Part shown: piece after piece, positions 1 through 9,613 of the stretch
Numbering within the stretch: the stretch's first letter is position 1
Layout: every line of letters starts with the position of its first letter
Source of the DNA: Dethiobacter sp.
Lineage (GTDB): Bacteria; Bacillota; Dethiobacteria; DTU022; UBA8154
DNA: 64,000 nucleotides
Direction of reading: 5' to 3'
NCBI GenBank assembly: GCA_003605065.1
Contig: QZJM01000020.1
Span: 19,562-83,561, forward strand
The notes under the pieces: generated by a model
Told to the model about the DNA's origin: nothing
The model's input: only the letters and a program-made list of their open reading frames with translations
Databases searched by the model: none
Translations under genes and position numbers: made by a program

Positions 1-1
1 T

Positions 2-301
2 ACACGCGCTAACGTGCTCGTTGTCGGCGAAGAAGAGGAAACCTACAGCGGTGGCCTGGTCGCGGAAGAACTGAGTTTTGTGTCCGGTAATGCTCCCCTG
101 GAGACCCTCGAAGTGGAGATCAAGATCCGCTACCGCGCCCCTCTTGTCCCCGCCACCCTCTATCCTCCGGAAGGAGACCGCGCCAGGGTGCTTTTTGCCG
201 GCAGGCAGAAAGCCGTGACCCCGGGCCAAGCGGTGGTTTTTTACCAGGGAGATGAAGTGCTGGGAGGGGGCACCATAGCTGCAGGTGTCCTGCACCCCTA
301 A
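2..301 (+). CDS. mnmA: tRNA 2-thiouridylase MnmA, C-terminal fragment (gene begins upstream of the window)
   Basis: The frame is open from the window edge. The C-terminal motifs KIRYRAP...PGQAVVFYQGDEVLGGGTI are typical of the MnmA C-terminus. It sits upstream of alaS, as in many Firmicutes. Confidence 0.7.
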   Translation, partial: TRANVLVVGEEEETYSGGLVAEELSFVSGNAPLETLEVEIKIRYRAPLVPATLYPPEGDRARVLFAGRQKAVTPGQAVVFYQGDEVLGGGTIAAGVLHP

Positions 302-334
302 AACTAAACCTGGACCTCGTCCCGATCTTTAATT

Positions 335-460
335 AATTCAACTTTCAAGACCTGCACCACCTGGGTTCATGGAGCATAACACCTAAATTCAATTTTCAAG
401 ACCTGACACCATCTGGACCTAACACCTAAATTCAATTTTCAAGACCTGACACCATCTGGA
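335..460. repeat. tandem direct repeat: two perfect 40-bp units (378-417 and 421-460) of AACACCTAAATTCAATTTTCAAGACCTGACACCATCTGGA, plus a degenerate upstream copy (335-364)
   Basis: Seen directly in the sequence. The units are joined by a CCT linker and followed by GGGG and a T-run. Confidence 0.85.
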
Positions 461-550
461 GGGGTATTTTTTTTGTTCAAAAGGGGAAATATATATTCTA
501 TTAATAAGTTATTACTATAATTATAATTAAGGAAGGAGTAAGTTTTTTCC

Positions 551-796
551 ATGTCTTGCCCGGTCTGCAAGAGTATTAACACGGGTAAAGTAGGCCACAA
601 TGCGTACTACTGTGCCGATTGTCTCCTGGAATTTACGGAAAACGACGGAGAAATAGCAATATATTATATCGATGCCGAAGGATCTTCTTATGCCCTGAGG
701 GATAAAGATGCCGCCGCCATACTGGTGAAGTCCATCCGTGAGGGCAATGATTTGCTGTTACAGGAAAGTATAGAAGAGCTGATTATAAAAAGCTAA
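551..796 (+). CDS. small zinc-ribbon protein (CPVC...CADC), hypothetical
   Basis: 81-aa ORF preceded by a GGAAGGAG RBS 12 nt upstream. It has two CxxC pairs. I could not assign a family. Confidence 0.5.
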   Translation: MSCPVCKSINTGKVGHNAYYCADCLLEFTENDGEIAIYYIDAEGSSYALRDKDAAAILVKSIREGNDLLLQESIEELIIKS

Positions 797-816
797 GCAC
801 GGAGAGGGAGAGGAAA

Positions 817-1809
817 TTGGATGGAGTCAAGGGGATCATCATTTTTCCCCTGCTTTTAGCCATAGTGGTCACTTACCTTTTGTGCCCTGTCGTAGATTAC
901 CTGGAAAGGCAGAGATTATCCAGGTCTGCGGCCATAGGAATTATCTACCTGTTTTTTGCGGCACTCTTTCTGCTCATCTGTCTCAATGTAGTGCCCTCTT
1001 TAATTGAGGAACTGCAGCAGTTGGTTTCTCTTTTGCCTGAATATACTGAAAAGTTTCTGCTTTTTGTAACACAGCTTGGAAAGGATTTCCAGAGCTTTAA
1101 CCTCCCCGAGGGCATACAAAATGCCTTGAATGAAAACATCCGGCAGCTGCAGAGTGCCCTGACCATAAACCTGGAAAAATTGTCGCAGCTTCTGATGGTC
1201 CTTTTCCGCCAGACTTTTGCCCTGCTGCTGGTACCCCTGTTTGCCTTTTATATTCTCCGGGACAACACCCTCATTAAGAGGCGCTTCCTACAGCTTTTTC
1301 CCCTGCCGTCCCGCTATATTATGGAAGACACCTTACAGGAAATAGACCGGACCCTGGGGGCTTACCTCAGGGGAATCTTTATTATCAGCCTGTCGGTGGG
1401 TGTTATGATGTACCTGGGGTTACTGATCCTGGGAGTGGAATTTGCCCTTTTTTTCGGGATTATAAACGCCCTGACCAATGTTATTCCCTACTTTGGCCCC
1501 CTCATCGGGGCGGTGCCGGTTCTCCTGGTGACCCTTCTGCATTCTTCCGAGCTCTTCTGGAGGACATTACTCTTGATCGTGATTGTTCAGCAGATCGAAA
1601 GCCAGTTCATCGCCCCCCAGGTTTTAGGCCGCAGCCTGGGCTTTCATCCCCTCACCGTAATCATCGCCCTGCTTCTGGGGGGTATATACATGGGCTTTTT
1701 CGGGCTGATCGTCATCGTGCCCCTGGCGGCCATCCTGCGCATTATTTTCCGGCATTTTTCTCCGGCAATCGTCCGGGCCGTAAAAAAAGAACAGCTGGAA
1801 AAAAAATGA
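817..1809 (+). CDS. AI-2E family transporter (PerM/YhhT-like permease)
   Basis: 330-aa polytopic membrane protein with a TTG start. The layout of its hydrophobic segments and C-terminal region (TNVIPYFGPLIG...QQIESQFIAPQV) is characteristic of the AI-2E/UPF0118 family. Confidence 0.8.
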   Translation: MDGVKGIIIFPLLLAIVVTYLLCPVVDYLERQRLSRSAAIGIIYLFFAALFLLICLNVVPSLIEELQQLVSLLPEYTEKFLLFVTQLGKDFQSFNLPEGIQNALNENIRQLQSALTINLEKLSQLLMVLFRQTFALLLVPLFAFYILRDNTLIKRRFLQLFPLPSRYIMEDTLQEIDRTLGAYLRGIFIISLSVGVMMYLGLLILGVEFALFFGIINALTNVIPYFGPLIGAVPVLLVTLLHSSELFWRTLLLIVIVQQIESQFIAPQVLGRSLGFHPLTVIIALLLGGIYMGFFGLIVIVPLAAILRIIFRHFSPAIVRAVKKEQLEKK

Positions 1810-1831
1810 TCCCCTATAATTTTCCTTTCAA

Positions 1832-1860
1832 TTGACATCCTTAATAATTGCCGATATAAT
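1832..1860 (+). promoter_or_regulatory. sigma-A type promoter for alaS: TTGACA, 17-nt spacer, TATAAT
   Basis: TTGACA at 1832-1837 and TATAAT at 1855-1860, 29 nt upstream of the alaS ATG. Confidence 0.5.
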
Positions 1861-1888
1861 TGTTTTGATTAAAATCAGGAGGACAGAG

Positions 1889-4537
1889 ATGAAAAGCAGC
1901 GAAATTCGGGATAAATTTTTAAAATTCTTCCAGGAAAAGGGTCACCTTGTTCTACCCAGTTCTTCTCTAGTACCTCAGAATGATCCCACCTTACTGCTGA
2001 TCGGAGCGGGAATGGCCCCCCTTAAGCCTTATTTTACCGGGGAGAAAACCCCTCCTCATCCCCGGGTGGCAACCTGCCAGAAGTGTGTGCGCACTCCCGA
2101 CATTGACAAAGTGGGTATTACCGCCAGGCATGCCACCTTTTTTGAGATGCTGGGCAATTTTTCCTTCGGTGATTACTTCAAAGAGGAAGCCATCAGCTGG
2201 GCGTGGGAACTGGTCACCCAAGGCTACAACATTCCCGAAGAGCGACTTTATGTAAGCATTTACGAAAATGACGACGAAGCTTTTGCCATCTGGAGGGACA
2301 AGATCGGCCTTCCGGAATCCAGGATATACCGCCTGGGTAAGGATGACAACTTCTGGGAAATAGGCCAGGGACCCTGCGGCCCATGTTCAGAGATTTACTA
2401 TGACCTCGGTCCCGAGTACGGCTGCGGCCGTCCTGACTGTGAGGTGGGCTGCGACTGTGACCGTTTCCTGGAAGTATGGAACCTTGTTTTTACCCAGTTC
2501 AACAAAGAAGCCGATGGCAGCTACAAGCCCCTCGAGCAAAAAAATATCGATACCGGCGCCGGCCTGGAGCGGCTGGCCCTGGTGCTGCAGGGAGTAAGCA
2601 ACCTGTTTGAAATAGACACCGTCAGGCCGGTCCTGGAACATTTTGCTTCCAAAGCCGGGGTTACCTATGGCCGGGACTGCAAAAAGGATATTTCCCTGCG
2701 CGTCCTGACGGAACACCTGCGTGGTGTTGCCTTTATGGTGGCTGACGGGATTATGCCCTCCAACGAGGGAAGAGGCTATGTCCTGCGGCGGATTTTGCGC
2801 CGGGCTGTAAGACACGGCAAGCTCCTGGAGCTGGAGGCTCCATTCCTCAGCGAAGCGGTCCTCCTGCTGGTAGAGCTTATGGGGGACGCCTATCCCGAGC
2901 TTAGGAAAAACAGTGACTACATTATGCGCGTCATCAGGCTGGAAGAAGAGCGCTTTAAAGAAACCCTGGAACAGGGCATGGATATACTGGAAAATCACAT
3001 CGCCGCTTTGCAAGCAGGGGGAAAAGCGGTTCTCCCCGGAGAAGTGGCTTTCAAGCTTTACGATACCTACGGTTTCCCCCTTGATTTGACCAGGGAAATT
3101 CTCGGTGAAAGCGGCCTTTCCGTTGATGAGAAAGCCTTTGACAGTTCCCTGGAGCAGCAGAGGGAAAGGGCCCGTGGGGCCGCCTTGGGCACCCAGGAAG
3201 CCGGGCAGAAAAATGTCCTGTTATCCTTCCTGGTAAAAGGGATGGTTACGCAGTTTGTGGGCTATGATACGCTGAGCGCCGAAGGGGAGGTAATCGGCAT
3301 CGTCGCCGCCGGCAGGGGAGAGCTTTTAGCGGAAGCGGATCTGCAGACCGGTGAGGAAGAGCTTTACCTGATCCTGGATCAAAGCCCTTTTTATTCCGAA
3401 AAGGGGGGACAGGTAGGAGATACGGGCCTTATCACCGCGCCGGAAGGAGTGGTCCTGGTTAAAAACACCCTACCCGGGCCCGGTGAGCAGATCCTGCATC
3501 TTGTAGAAATTAAAGAGGGCCGTATCCGCACCGGGGAAAGGGTCCGGGCCCTTGTGGAGCAAAAGCGCAGGCAGGATATCGCCAGGCACCATACCTCCAC
3601 GCACCTTCTCCACCGCGCCTTAAGAGACCTCCTGGGCGAACACGTGCATCAGGCCGGTTCCCTTGTGTCCCCCGAGCGCCTGCGCTTTGACTTTTCCCAC
3701 TTTACCCAACTGCAGGCCCAGGAAATTGCCAGGCTGGAGGAAACGGTGAACGACCTTCTGCAGAAAAATTTACCGGTGCAAACCTCCTATGTGAAGCTGG
3801 ACCAGGCCCTGGAGATGGGAGCGATGGCCCTTTTCGATGAAAAATACGGGGAAAAGGTCAGGCTGGTGCAGATTGACGATTACTCCCTGGAACTTTGCGG
3901 CGGAACCCATGTGGGCTCCACGGGGGAGATAGGGGTGTTCAAAATTCTCTCCGAAGGCGGAGTGGGTGCGGGTATGCGCCGCATCGAAGCCCTCGCCGGG
4001 GACAGCGCTTACCGCTACTTTGTCCACCGCGATGAAATCCTTAAAGAAGTTTCCATGCTGGTGAAAGCGCCGGTGGAAAAGGTATCCGAAAAACTTCAGG
4101 AAATACTGGAATCCCAGAAAGAACTGCAGCGCAGGATCAAGCAGCTTTCCCAGAAATTATCCCGTCACCAGCTGGAGGGCATCCTGGAACAGGTGGATCA
4201 TTCCCTGGGCGTGCCCGTGCTGAGCACCCGGGTGGAAGCGGAAAGCATGGAAACCCTGCGGGAGTACCTGGATAAGCTCCGTGATAAGCTGGGAAGCGGT
4301 ATTATTATGCTTGGCTCCGTTACCAACGGAAAAGTGTTCCTCGCTGCTGCTGTTACCCAGGATCTGGTCAAGAAGGGCTTCCATGCCGGCAGGCTTATCG
4401 GGGAAGCTGCCAGGATCACCGGGGGTGGAGGCGGAGGCCGTGCTGATATGGCCCAGGCTGGCGGCAAAGACCCGCAAAAACTTCAGCAGGCCCTTGCCAG
4501 TGTGCTGTCGCTGGTACAGGAGCAGCAAAAGCAATAG
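1889..4537 (+). CDS. alaS: alanine--tRNA ligase
   Basis: N-terminus MKSSEIRDKFLKFFQEKGH, the HxxxH...CGGTH editing motifs and a C-terminal DHHA1-like GGGGGRADMAQAGG stretch. AGGAGGA RBS. The track ORF begins at 1832, but the ATG at 1889 with its RBS is the likely start. Confidence 0.95.
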   Translation: MKSSEIRDKFLKFFQEKGHLVLPSSSLVPQNDPTLLLIGAGMAPLKPYFTGEKTPPHPRVATCQKCVRTPDIDKVGITARHATFFEMLGNFSFGDYFKEEAISWAWELVTQGYNIPEERLYVSIYENDDEAFAIWRDKIGLPESRIYRLGKDDNFWEIGQGPCGPCSEIYYDLGPEYGCGRPDCEVGCDCDRFLEVWNLVFTQFNKEADGSYKPLEQKNIDTGAGLERLALVLQGVSNLFEIDTVRPVLEHFASKAGVTYGRDCKKDISLRVLTEHLRGVAFMVADGIMPSNEGRGYVLRRILRRAVRHGKLLELEAPFLSEAVLLLVELMGDAYPELRKNSDYIMRVIRLEEERFKETLEQGMDILENHIAALQAGGKAVLPGEVAFKLYDTYGFPLDLTREILGESGLSVDEKAFDSSLEQQRERARGAALGTQEAGQKNVLLSFLVKGMVTQFVGYDTLSAEGEVIGIVAAGRGELLAEADLQTGEEELYLILDQSPFYSEKGGQVGDTGLITAPEGVVLVKNTLPGPGEQILHLVEIKEGRIRTGERVRALVEQKRRQDIARHHTSTHLLHRALRDLLGEHVHQAGSLVSPERLRFDFSHFTQLQAQEIARLEETVNDLLQKNLPVQTSYVKLDQALEMGAMALFDEKYGEKVRLVQIDDYSLELCGGTHVGSTGEIGVFKILSEGGVGAGMRRIEALAGDSAYRYFVHRDEILKEVSMLVKAPVEKVSEKLQEILESQKELQRRIKQLSQKLSRHQLEGILEQVDHSLGVPVLSTRVEAESMETLREYLDKLRDKLGSGIIMLGSVTNGKVFLAAAVTQDLVKKGFHAGRLIGEAARITGGGGGGRADMAQAGGKDPQKLQQALASVLSLVQEQQKQ

Positions 4538-4580
4538 ATAGATAAATAAAATATATCTATAAGCCGGGGGAGGGGTGGCA

Positions 4581-4862
4581 ATGGCTAAGGATAATAATTT
4601 CGACCATACCATGAAGTTCAATGTCAGGGCGGAAGAGGAAGTAAACGAGGCCCGCATGGTGCTGCAGGAAGTTTATGAGGCCCTCAGGGAAAAAGGATAC
4701 GATCCTATCAACCAGCTCGTGGGCTATCTTTTATCCGGGGACCCCGCCTTTATTACCAGCCACAAAAATGCCCGCAGTAACATCCGCAAACTGGAGCGGG
4801 ATGAACTGCTGGAAGAACTGGTGCGGGCCTACCTGAACAGGGAACTGGAAAAAGAAAGGTGA
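4581..4862 (+). CDS. ireB: IreB-family regulatory phosphoprotein (UPF0297, YrzL-like)
   Basis: Contains [43 protein letters not shown] and occupies the conserved position right after alaS. GGGGAGGGG RBS. Confidence 0.85.
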   Translation: MAKDNNFDHTMKFNVRAEEEVNEARMVLQEVYEALREKGYDPINQLVGYLLSGDPAFITSHKNARSNIRKLERDELLEELVRAYLNRELEKER

Positions 4863-4869
4863 GCTTTAT

Positions 4870-5829
4870 TTGGAATACCGCCTTCTGGGGAAGACAGGCC
4901 TGCATGTTTCCAGACTCTGTTTCGGCACTTTAACGCTGGGGCCCCTTCAGGCTGACCTTCCCCTGGAGCAGGGGGCAGAACTCTTGCAGGAGGCCTATGG
5001 CTGCGGCATAAACTTTTGGGATACGGCGGAGCTGTATTTTAACTACGCTTACCTGCGCCTCGCCCTTAAAAAAATCGGGGATGTACCTGTTATTGCTACC
5101 AAATCTTATGCCTATGACCGGGAGGGGGCCAGGGCCTCCCTGGAAAAAGCGCGGCGGGAAATGGATCTGGACGTTATTCCCGTTTTCCTTTTACACGAGC
5201 AGGAATCGGCGTTAACCCTACAGGGACATAAAGAAGCCCTGGATTTTTTTTTGGAAGCTAAAGGAAAAGGGCTTATTAAGGCCGTGGGAATCTCCTGCCA
5301 CACCGTGGCCGCCGTGGAAGCTGCCGCTGATTTTGAAGGGCTTGACGTAGTTCATGCTATCGTCAACTTTAAAGGGATCGGTATCAAGGATGGTACCATC
5401 GAAGAAATGCTGGCGGCTATCGCCAGGGCCCACAGAAGCGGCTTGGGCCTATATGCCATGAAGGTTTTTGGGGGCGGGCATCTCATAGCCGAAGCGGAAA
5501 AGGCCTTTAATTTTGTCCTGGGCCTGGAAGAGCTGCACTCCCTGGCGGTGGGCATGGCCAGCTCCGAAGAACTGAGGGTAAACTTAAAGTATCTTCAGGG
5601 GATAAAACCGCCGGAGCATCTTGCCCTCAGGCTGGCCCGCAAAAAGCGGCGCCTGAAAGTGGAAGACTGGTGTATCGCCTGCGGTTCCTGTGTGGCAAAC
5701 TGCCCCCAGCAGGCCTTGTTTCTGGAAGACAGCGGGGAACAGTTGAGGGCCGCCGTGGACCCTTCCCGTTGTATTCTTTGCGGCTATTGCGGTGCCTACT
5801 GCTCCGAGTTTTGCCTGAAGATTTTTTGA
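4870..5829 (+). CDS. aldo/keto reductase fused to a C-terminal 2x[4Fe-4S] ferredoxin domain
   Basis: N-terminal AKR signature MEYRLLGKTGLHVSRLCFGT. C-terminus carries CIACGSCVANCP...CILCGYCGAYC. TTG start. Confidence 0.75.
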   Translation: MEYRLLGKTGLHVSRLCFGTLTLGPLQADLPLEQGAELLQEAYGCGINFWDTAELYFNYAYLRLALKKIGDVPVIATKSYAYDREGARASLEKARREMDLDVIPVFLLHEQESALTLQGHKEALDFFLEAKGKGLIKAVGISCHTVAAVEAAADFEGLDVVHAIVNFKGIGIKDGTIEEMLAAIARAHRSGLGLYAMKVFGGGHLIAEAEKAFNFVLGLEELHSLAVGMASSEELRVNLKYLQGIKPPEHLALRLARKKRRLKVEDWCIACGSCVANCPQQALFLEDSGEQLRAAVDPSRCILCGYCGAYCSEFCLKIF

Positions 5830-5878
5830 CTAAATGTTTAAATTAAGTTATGATGGTTAGAAAAGAAGGGCAAACTCC

Positions 5879-6301
5879 ATGAGAATATTGTGCCTGGATA
5901 TAGGAGAAAAAAGAATAGGTGTGGCCGTAAGCGATCCCCTGGGCATAACCGCCCAGGGCCTGGAAGTGATCCAGCGGCAGAGCATCTCCAAAGACCTCCA
6001 AAAAATCCGCCAGCTGTTAAAGGATTACGAGGCCGAGGAAATTGTTTTGGGTTTTCCCCGTAACATGGATGGAACGGTAGGGGAAAAAGCGCGGGAAATC
6101 TTACAGTTCAAAGAGAGGCTGGCCGGCAGTATTTCTATCCCCGTGACAACTTGGGATGAGCGCTTAACCACTGTTGCGGCGCAGCGGACTTTGCTGGAGG
6201 CCGATGTGAGCCGCAAAGGGAGAAAAAAGGTAGTGGATAAGCTGGCCGCTGTTTTGATCCTGGAGGGCTACCTGCGGTATAAGCAGCGTGAAAATGGATA
6301 A
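5879..6301 (+). CDS. ruvX: Holliday junction resolvase-like nuclease RuvX/YqgF
   Basis: MRILCLDIGEKRIGVAVSDPLGITAQGLEVI matches the YqgF family. Conserved position. Confidence 0.9.
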   Translation: MRILCLDIGEKRIGVAVSDPLGITAQGLEVIQRQSISKDLQKIRQLLKDYEAEEIVLGFPRNMDGTVGEKAREILQFKERLAGSISIPVTTWDERLTTVAAQRTLLEADVSRKGRKKVVDKLAAVLILEGYLRYKQRENG

Positions 6302-6344
6302 ACGATAAATAAATGCCAAACGACAAAAGGAAGGATGTTGTAAG

Positions 6345-6686
6345 ATGGAAGAACGCGAAGAGATCATTACGCTGGTCGATGAAGAAGGGGAAAAATTTGA
6401 CTTTGTGGTCCTGGATTATTTTAATGTAGAAAATCTGGAATATGCCGTTCTGCTGCCTTATACTAAAAACGGATCTCCTGCATTCGAACCGGAAGAGTGG
6501 GAAGACGAGGAGACAGATTCGCTGGAAAATGAAGGGGATGCAGTTATTTTTCGTGTCATCAAGGGAAATAACGGTGAAACCGTCCTGCACATGATCGAAG
6601 ACGAGGAAGAATGGGATAAAGTGGTAGAAGTTGCCTATGAAAGGCTTCTCTCAGAGGAAGAGGAAGTGGACGAAACGGAAAAGTAA
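6345..6686 (+). CDS. DUF1292 protein (YrzB-like)
   Basis: ITLVDEEGEKFDFVVLDYFNVENLEYAVLLPY motif with an acidic tail. Conserved between ruvX and mltG. Confidence 0.8.
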   Translation: MEEREEIITLVDEEGEKFDFVVLDYFNVENLEYAVLLPYTKNGSPAFEPEEWEDEETDSLENEGDAVIFRVIKGNNGETVLHMIEDEEEWDKVVEVAYERLLSEEEEVDETEK

Positions 6687-6712
6687 CTCTTACAGGGGGA
6701 GGCAATTCTTTT

Positions 6713-7777
6713 ATGCTCAGGTTAAAACCTTCCCATTATTTTCTAGTGCTGATCCTGGCGGTATTTTTTATCCTGTCCTTACTGGCCTACGAACGGATCA
6801 ATTCTCTGCTGCTGCCGGTCAGTTCTTCAACTGAAGGCCGCCTGCAGGAGATCAATATACCCTTTAATTCCTCCACAGCGCACGTTGCGGCCATATTACA
6901 GCAGGAGGGCATCATCAAAAGCGGCCTGGTTTTTCGCCTTTATGCACGCTATAAAGGTTATGACCAGAAGCTCCAGGCGGGCAGTTATCTCCTCTTTCCG
7001 GGCATGCCCCTGGAGGAGATCCTGGATAAACTGCAGCAAGGGGTCATCTGGGAAAAAGGCCTCCGGTTTACCATTCCCGAGGGCTTTACGGTGGAACAGA
7101 TCGCCGCCAGGCTGGAAAAAGAAGGGTTGGCCGAAAAGGAAGCCTTTCTTAATGCCTGCCTGGAGTATGATCGGGAGGAGCTCTTTGACTTCCCGGAGGC
7201 GGTGCCCCCCGGGGTGAAATATCCTCTGGAGGGCTACCTGTTTCCCGATACATACGAAATCCGTGAGGGCCTTACTGCTGAAGAGATCGCCGCTGTGATG
7301 CTGCGCCGCTTTAACGAAGTCTTCCATGAGGCTTTTCGCCTGCGTGCTTCGGAACTCGGGTTTTCCGTCCACGAGGTTGTAACCATTGCTTCTCTGGTGG
7401 AAAAGGAAGCCCGGGTGCCCCTGGAGCGGCCCCTCATTTCCGCCGTATTCCACAACCGACTGCAATCGAACTATATGCCCTTTCTGCAGTCCTGTGCCAC
7501 CGTGCAGTACGTTCTCGGTGAAACCAGGCCATTCCTGACCTACCAGGACCTGGAGGTCGATTCCCCTTATAACACCTACCTGTATCCAAACCTGCCCCCG
7601 GGGCCCATCGCCTCTCCCGGGCGGGAGGCGCTGGAAGCGGCCCTTTATCCCGCTGACGTAAACTACCTCTATTTTGTCTATAAAGAGGACGGCAGCGGTG
7701 AACATTACTTCAGCACCACCCTCCAGGAACATAACCACCACAAAAGCCTTGCCCAGAGAAACCGGAACAAAAGATAA
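6713..7777 (+). CDS. mltG: endolytic murein transglycosylase MltG (YceG-like)
   Basis: N-terminal TM segment followed by a YceG domain (KLQAGSYLL...YLFPDTYE...YNTYLYPNLPPGPIASPG). Confidence 0.9.
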   Translation: MLRLKPSHYFLVLILAVFFILSLLAYERINSLLLPVSSSTEGRLQEINIPFNSSTAHVAAILQQEGIIKSGLVFRLYARYKGYDQKLQAGSYLLFPGMPLEEILDKLQQGVIWEKGLRFTIPEGFTVEQIAARLEKEGLAEKEAFLNACLEYDREELFDFPEAVPPGVKYPLEGYLFPDTYEIREGLTAEEIAAVMLRRFNEVFHEAFRLRASELGFSVHEVVTIASLVEKEARVPLERPLISAVFHNRLQSNYMPFLQSCATVQYVLGETRPFLTYQDLEVDSPYNTYLYPNLPPGPIASPGREALEAALYPADVNYLYFVYKEDGSGEHYFSTTLQEHNHHKSLAQRNRNKR

Positions 7778-7798
7778 ATTCCTGTATTGGTGTAAGCG

Positions 7799-7823
7799 AC
7801 CCGGGTCCTTTCTTCCCCCGGGT
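7799..7823 (+). terminator. candidate hairpin after mltG (ACCCGGG / CCCGGGT stem) with no T-run
   Basis: 7-bp perfect stem with an 11-nt loop. The weak U-tract means it may only attenuate. Confidence 0.3.
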
Positions 7824-7878
7824 ATATTTATGCCAGAAATGGTAAAGAATAGCTGCAAAAAGGAGATCGTTTCTCTTT

Positions 7879-9552
7879 ATGCAGAGATTAAGACGGCAGC
7901 AGAGAGTGTTATACGCAGCGCTCTTTTTTTCTATGATGATCGGACTGCTCCTGATCCGGCTTGGCCATATCCAGCTTTTCAGAAGCAGCAGGCTGGCCGC
8001 GGAAGCGGTGAGACAGCGGGCACAGGCCGTTATTCTCAACTACAACCGCGGCGATGTGCTGGACCGCAGCGGTATTTCCCTCCTCGGGGGCAAAGAGGAG
8101 AAAGTCCTGGTAGTGTTTCCGGCCCTGATGGCCAAAGGTGATGCCGAGGCTGTGGAGATAGTATCCCATTTTATTCCCCAGGCAGCCATGCCCGGAACCC
8201 CTTTTATCGCCCTGCGCGGTGTGGAACCCCATGAAGAGGAGCTCTTTAAAAACTTAGTCATCCCGGGCCTGGTGGTAACGGAAGCTCGGAGGCGTTACGG
8301 GGCCGATGCCCTGGCCACCCATGTTACGGGCCACACCGGGGCCTCCGACGGCGAGGGAAAAGTGGGTCTGGAACTGGTTTTCAACCGTGAGCTTAAAGGG
8401 GCCTCCCCGACCATGCTGGCCGCCGTTATCGACGGGAAAAAAAACCTCATCGGGGGCCTGGGTTACCGGCTCTGGGAGAGCAGGGAACAGCACCAGCCCT
8501 ATGACCTTGTCCTTACCATCGATTACAACATCCAGCAAAAAGTCGAAGAGATCATGGATTCCCGGGTGGCCAGGGGGGCGGTGGTGGTCATGGATCCCCA
8601 CAATGGTGATATCCTGGCTATGGCCAGCAGGCCCAACTACCTGCAGGCCCGCCTTCCCCTCTACCTTAGCGGCGGGGAGGAATATAAGGATTATTTAAGC
8701 GCCCAGCCCTTTATCAACCGCAGTATCTTAAGCTACCCTCCCGGTTCCGTCTTCAAGATCGTTGTTGCCGCAGCCGCCCTGGATACGGGAAAAGCCTGGC
8801 TGAGCCAAAAATATTACTGCCCCGGTTTTATACAGGTGGGGGATAAAACCTTCAGCTGCCAGCACGGCCCCCACGGGGAGGTGACCCTGGCCCAGGCCTT
8901 TGCTCACTCCTGCAACTCCGTTTTTATTGAGCTGGCCCTGAGCCTGGGGAAGGAAACAATCTACCGGTATGCCACGGCCATGGGGCTGGGAATGGAAACA
9001 GGCCTGCCCCTGGGCAGCGCAGCGCAGGGAGGGGAGGTAAAAGGGATGGTACCTCTGCCTGAAGAAATCCTATTTCTGGGGGATCTGGCCCTGGCGGCAA
9101 TCGGACAGGGTCGGGTAGAGGCCACCCCCCTGCAGGTAGCCCGCCTTACCGCAGTGGCAGCCAATGGCGGCTACCTGGTGGAACCGCGGCTGGTGAAAGC
9201 CCTGCAGTCCAGGCAGGGACTGCAGGTAAAAAGGTTTCCTCCCGGGACCAGGAAGAAGATCTTAAGCCCGGTTACCGTGAGCAAGCTGCGCTATATGATG
9301 TTGGGTGTAGTGGAATATGGAACGGGCCAAGCGGCTTTCAGCAGGGTGCTGCTCCTGGGAGGTAAAACAGGGACAGCGCAGACCAGCAGGTTTTTAAACG
9401 GAAAACCCCGGACCTATTCCTGGTTTACGGGGTGTGTCCCGCTGGAAGAGAGCAGGGCCGTTATCACCGTTTTTGTGGAAGAACCCCTGCAGGGAAACGC
9501 TGCCGAAACTTTTAAACATCTGGCCCAGGCTATATATCCCTTTCTTATTTGA
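7879..9552 (+). CDS. class B penicillin-binding protein (peptidoglycan D,D-transpeptidase, FtsI/SpoVD family)
   Basis: N-terminal TM segment. Motifs SVFK (SxxK), SCN and KTGTA are present. Confidence 0.85.
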   Translation: MQRLRRQQRVLYAALFFSMMIGLLLIRLGHIQLFRSSRLAAEAVRQRAQAVILNYNRGDVLDRSGISLLGGKEEKVLVVFPALMAKGDAEAVEIVSHFIPQAAMPGTPFIALRGVEPHEEELFKNLVIPGLVVTEARRRYGADALATHVTGHTGASDGEGKVGLELVFNRELKGASPTMLAAVIDGKKNLIGGLGYRLWESREQHQPYDLVLTIDYNIQQKVEEIMDSRVARGAVVVMDPHNGDILAMASRPNYLQARLPLYLSGGEEYKDYLSAQPFINRSILSYPPGSVFKIVVAAAALDTGKAWLSQKYYCPGFIQVGDKTFSCQHGPHGEVTLAQAFAHSCNSVFIELALSLGKETIYRYATAMGLGMETGLPLGSAAQGGEVKGMVPLPEEILFLGDLALAAIGQGRVEATPLQVARLTAVAANGGYLVEPRLVKALQSRQGLQVKRFPPGTRKKILSPVTVSKLRYMMLGVVEYGTGQAAFSRVLLLGGKTGTAQTSRFLNGKPRTYSWFTGCVPLEESRAVITVFVEEPLQGNAAETFKHLAQAIYPFLI

Positions 9553-9613
9553 TTTTAGTGCTGATAAATGGTAATATTAAGGGAAGAAATTTGAAAAAAA
9601 AGGCAGGAAACCT

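Noticed and set aside
335-460. Possible CRISPR array (direct repeats).
   Set aside because: The units abut each other with a 3-nt linker and there are no unique spacers. There are only 2.5 copies and no cas genes.
1810-1888. I looked for a T-box leader upstream of alaS, as B. subtilis alaS has one.
   Set aside because: Only 79 nt separate the AI-2E stop from the alaS ATG, and 29 nt of that is promoter-to-start. There is no room for a roughly 250-nt T-box and no specifier or terminator structure.
6896-7858. 320-aa minus-strand ORF.
   Set aside because: It is antisense to mltG, which has clear YceG motifs on the + strand. It is spurious.
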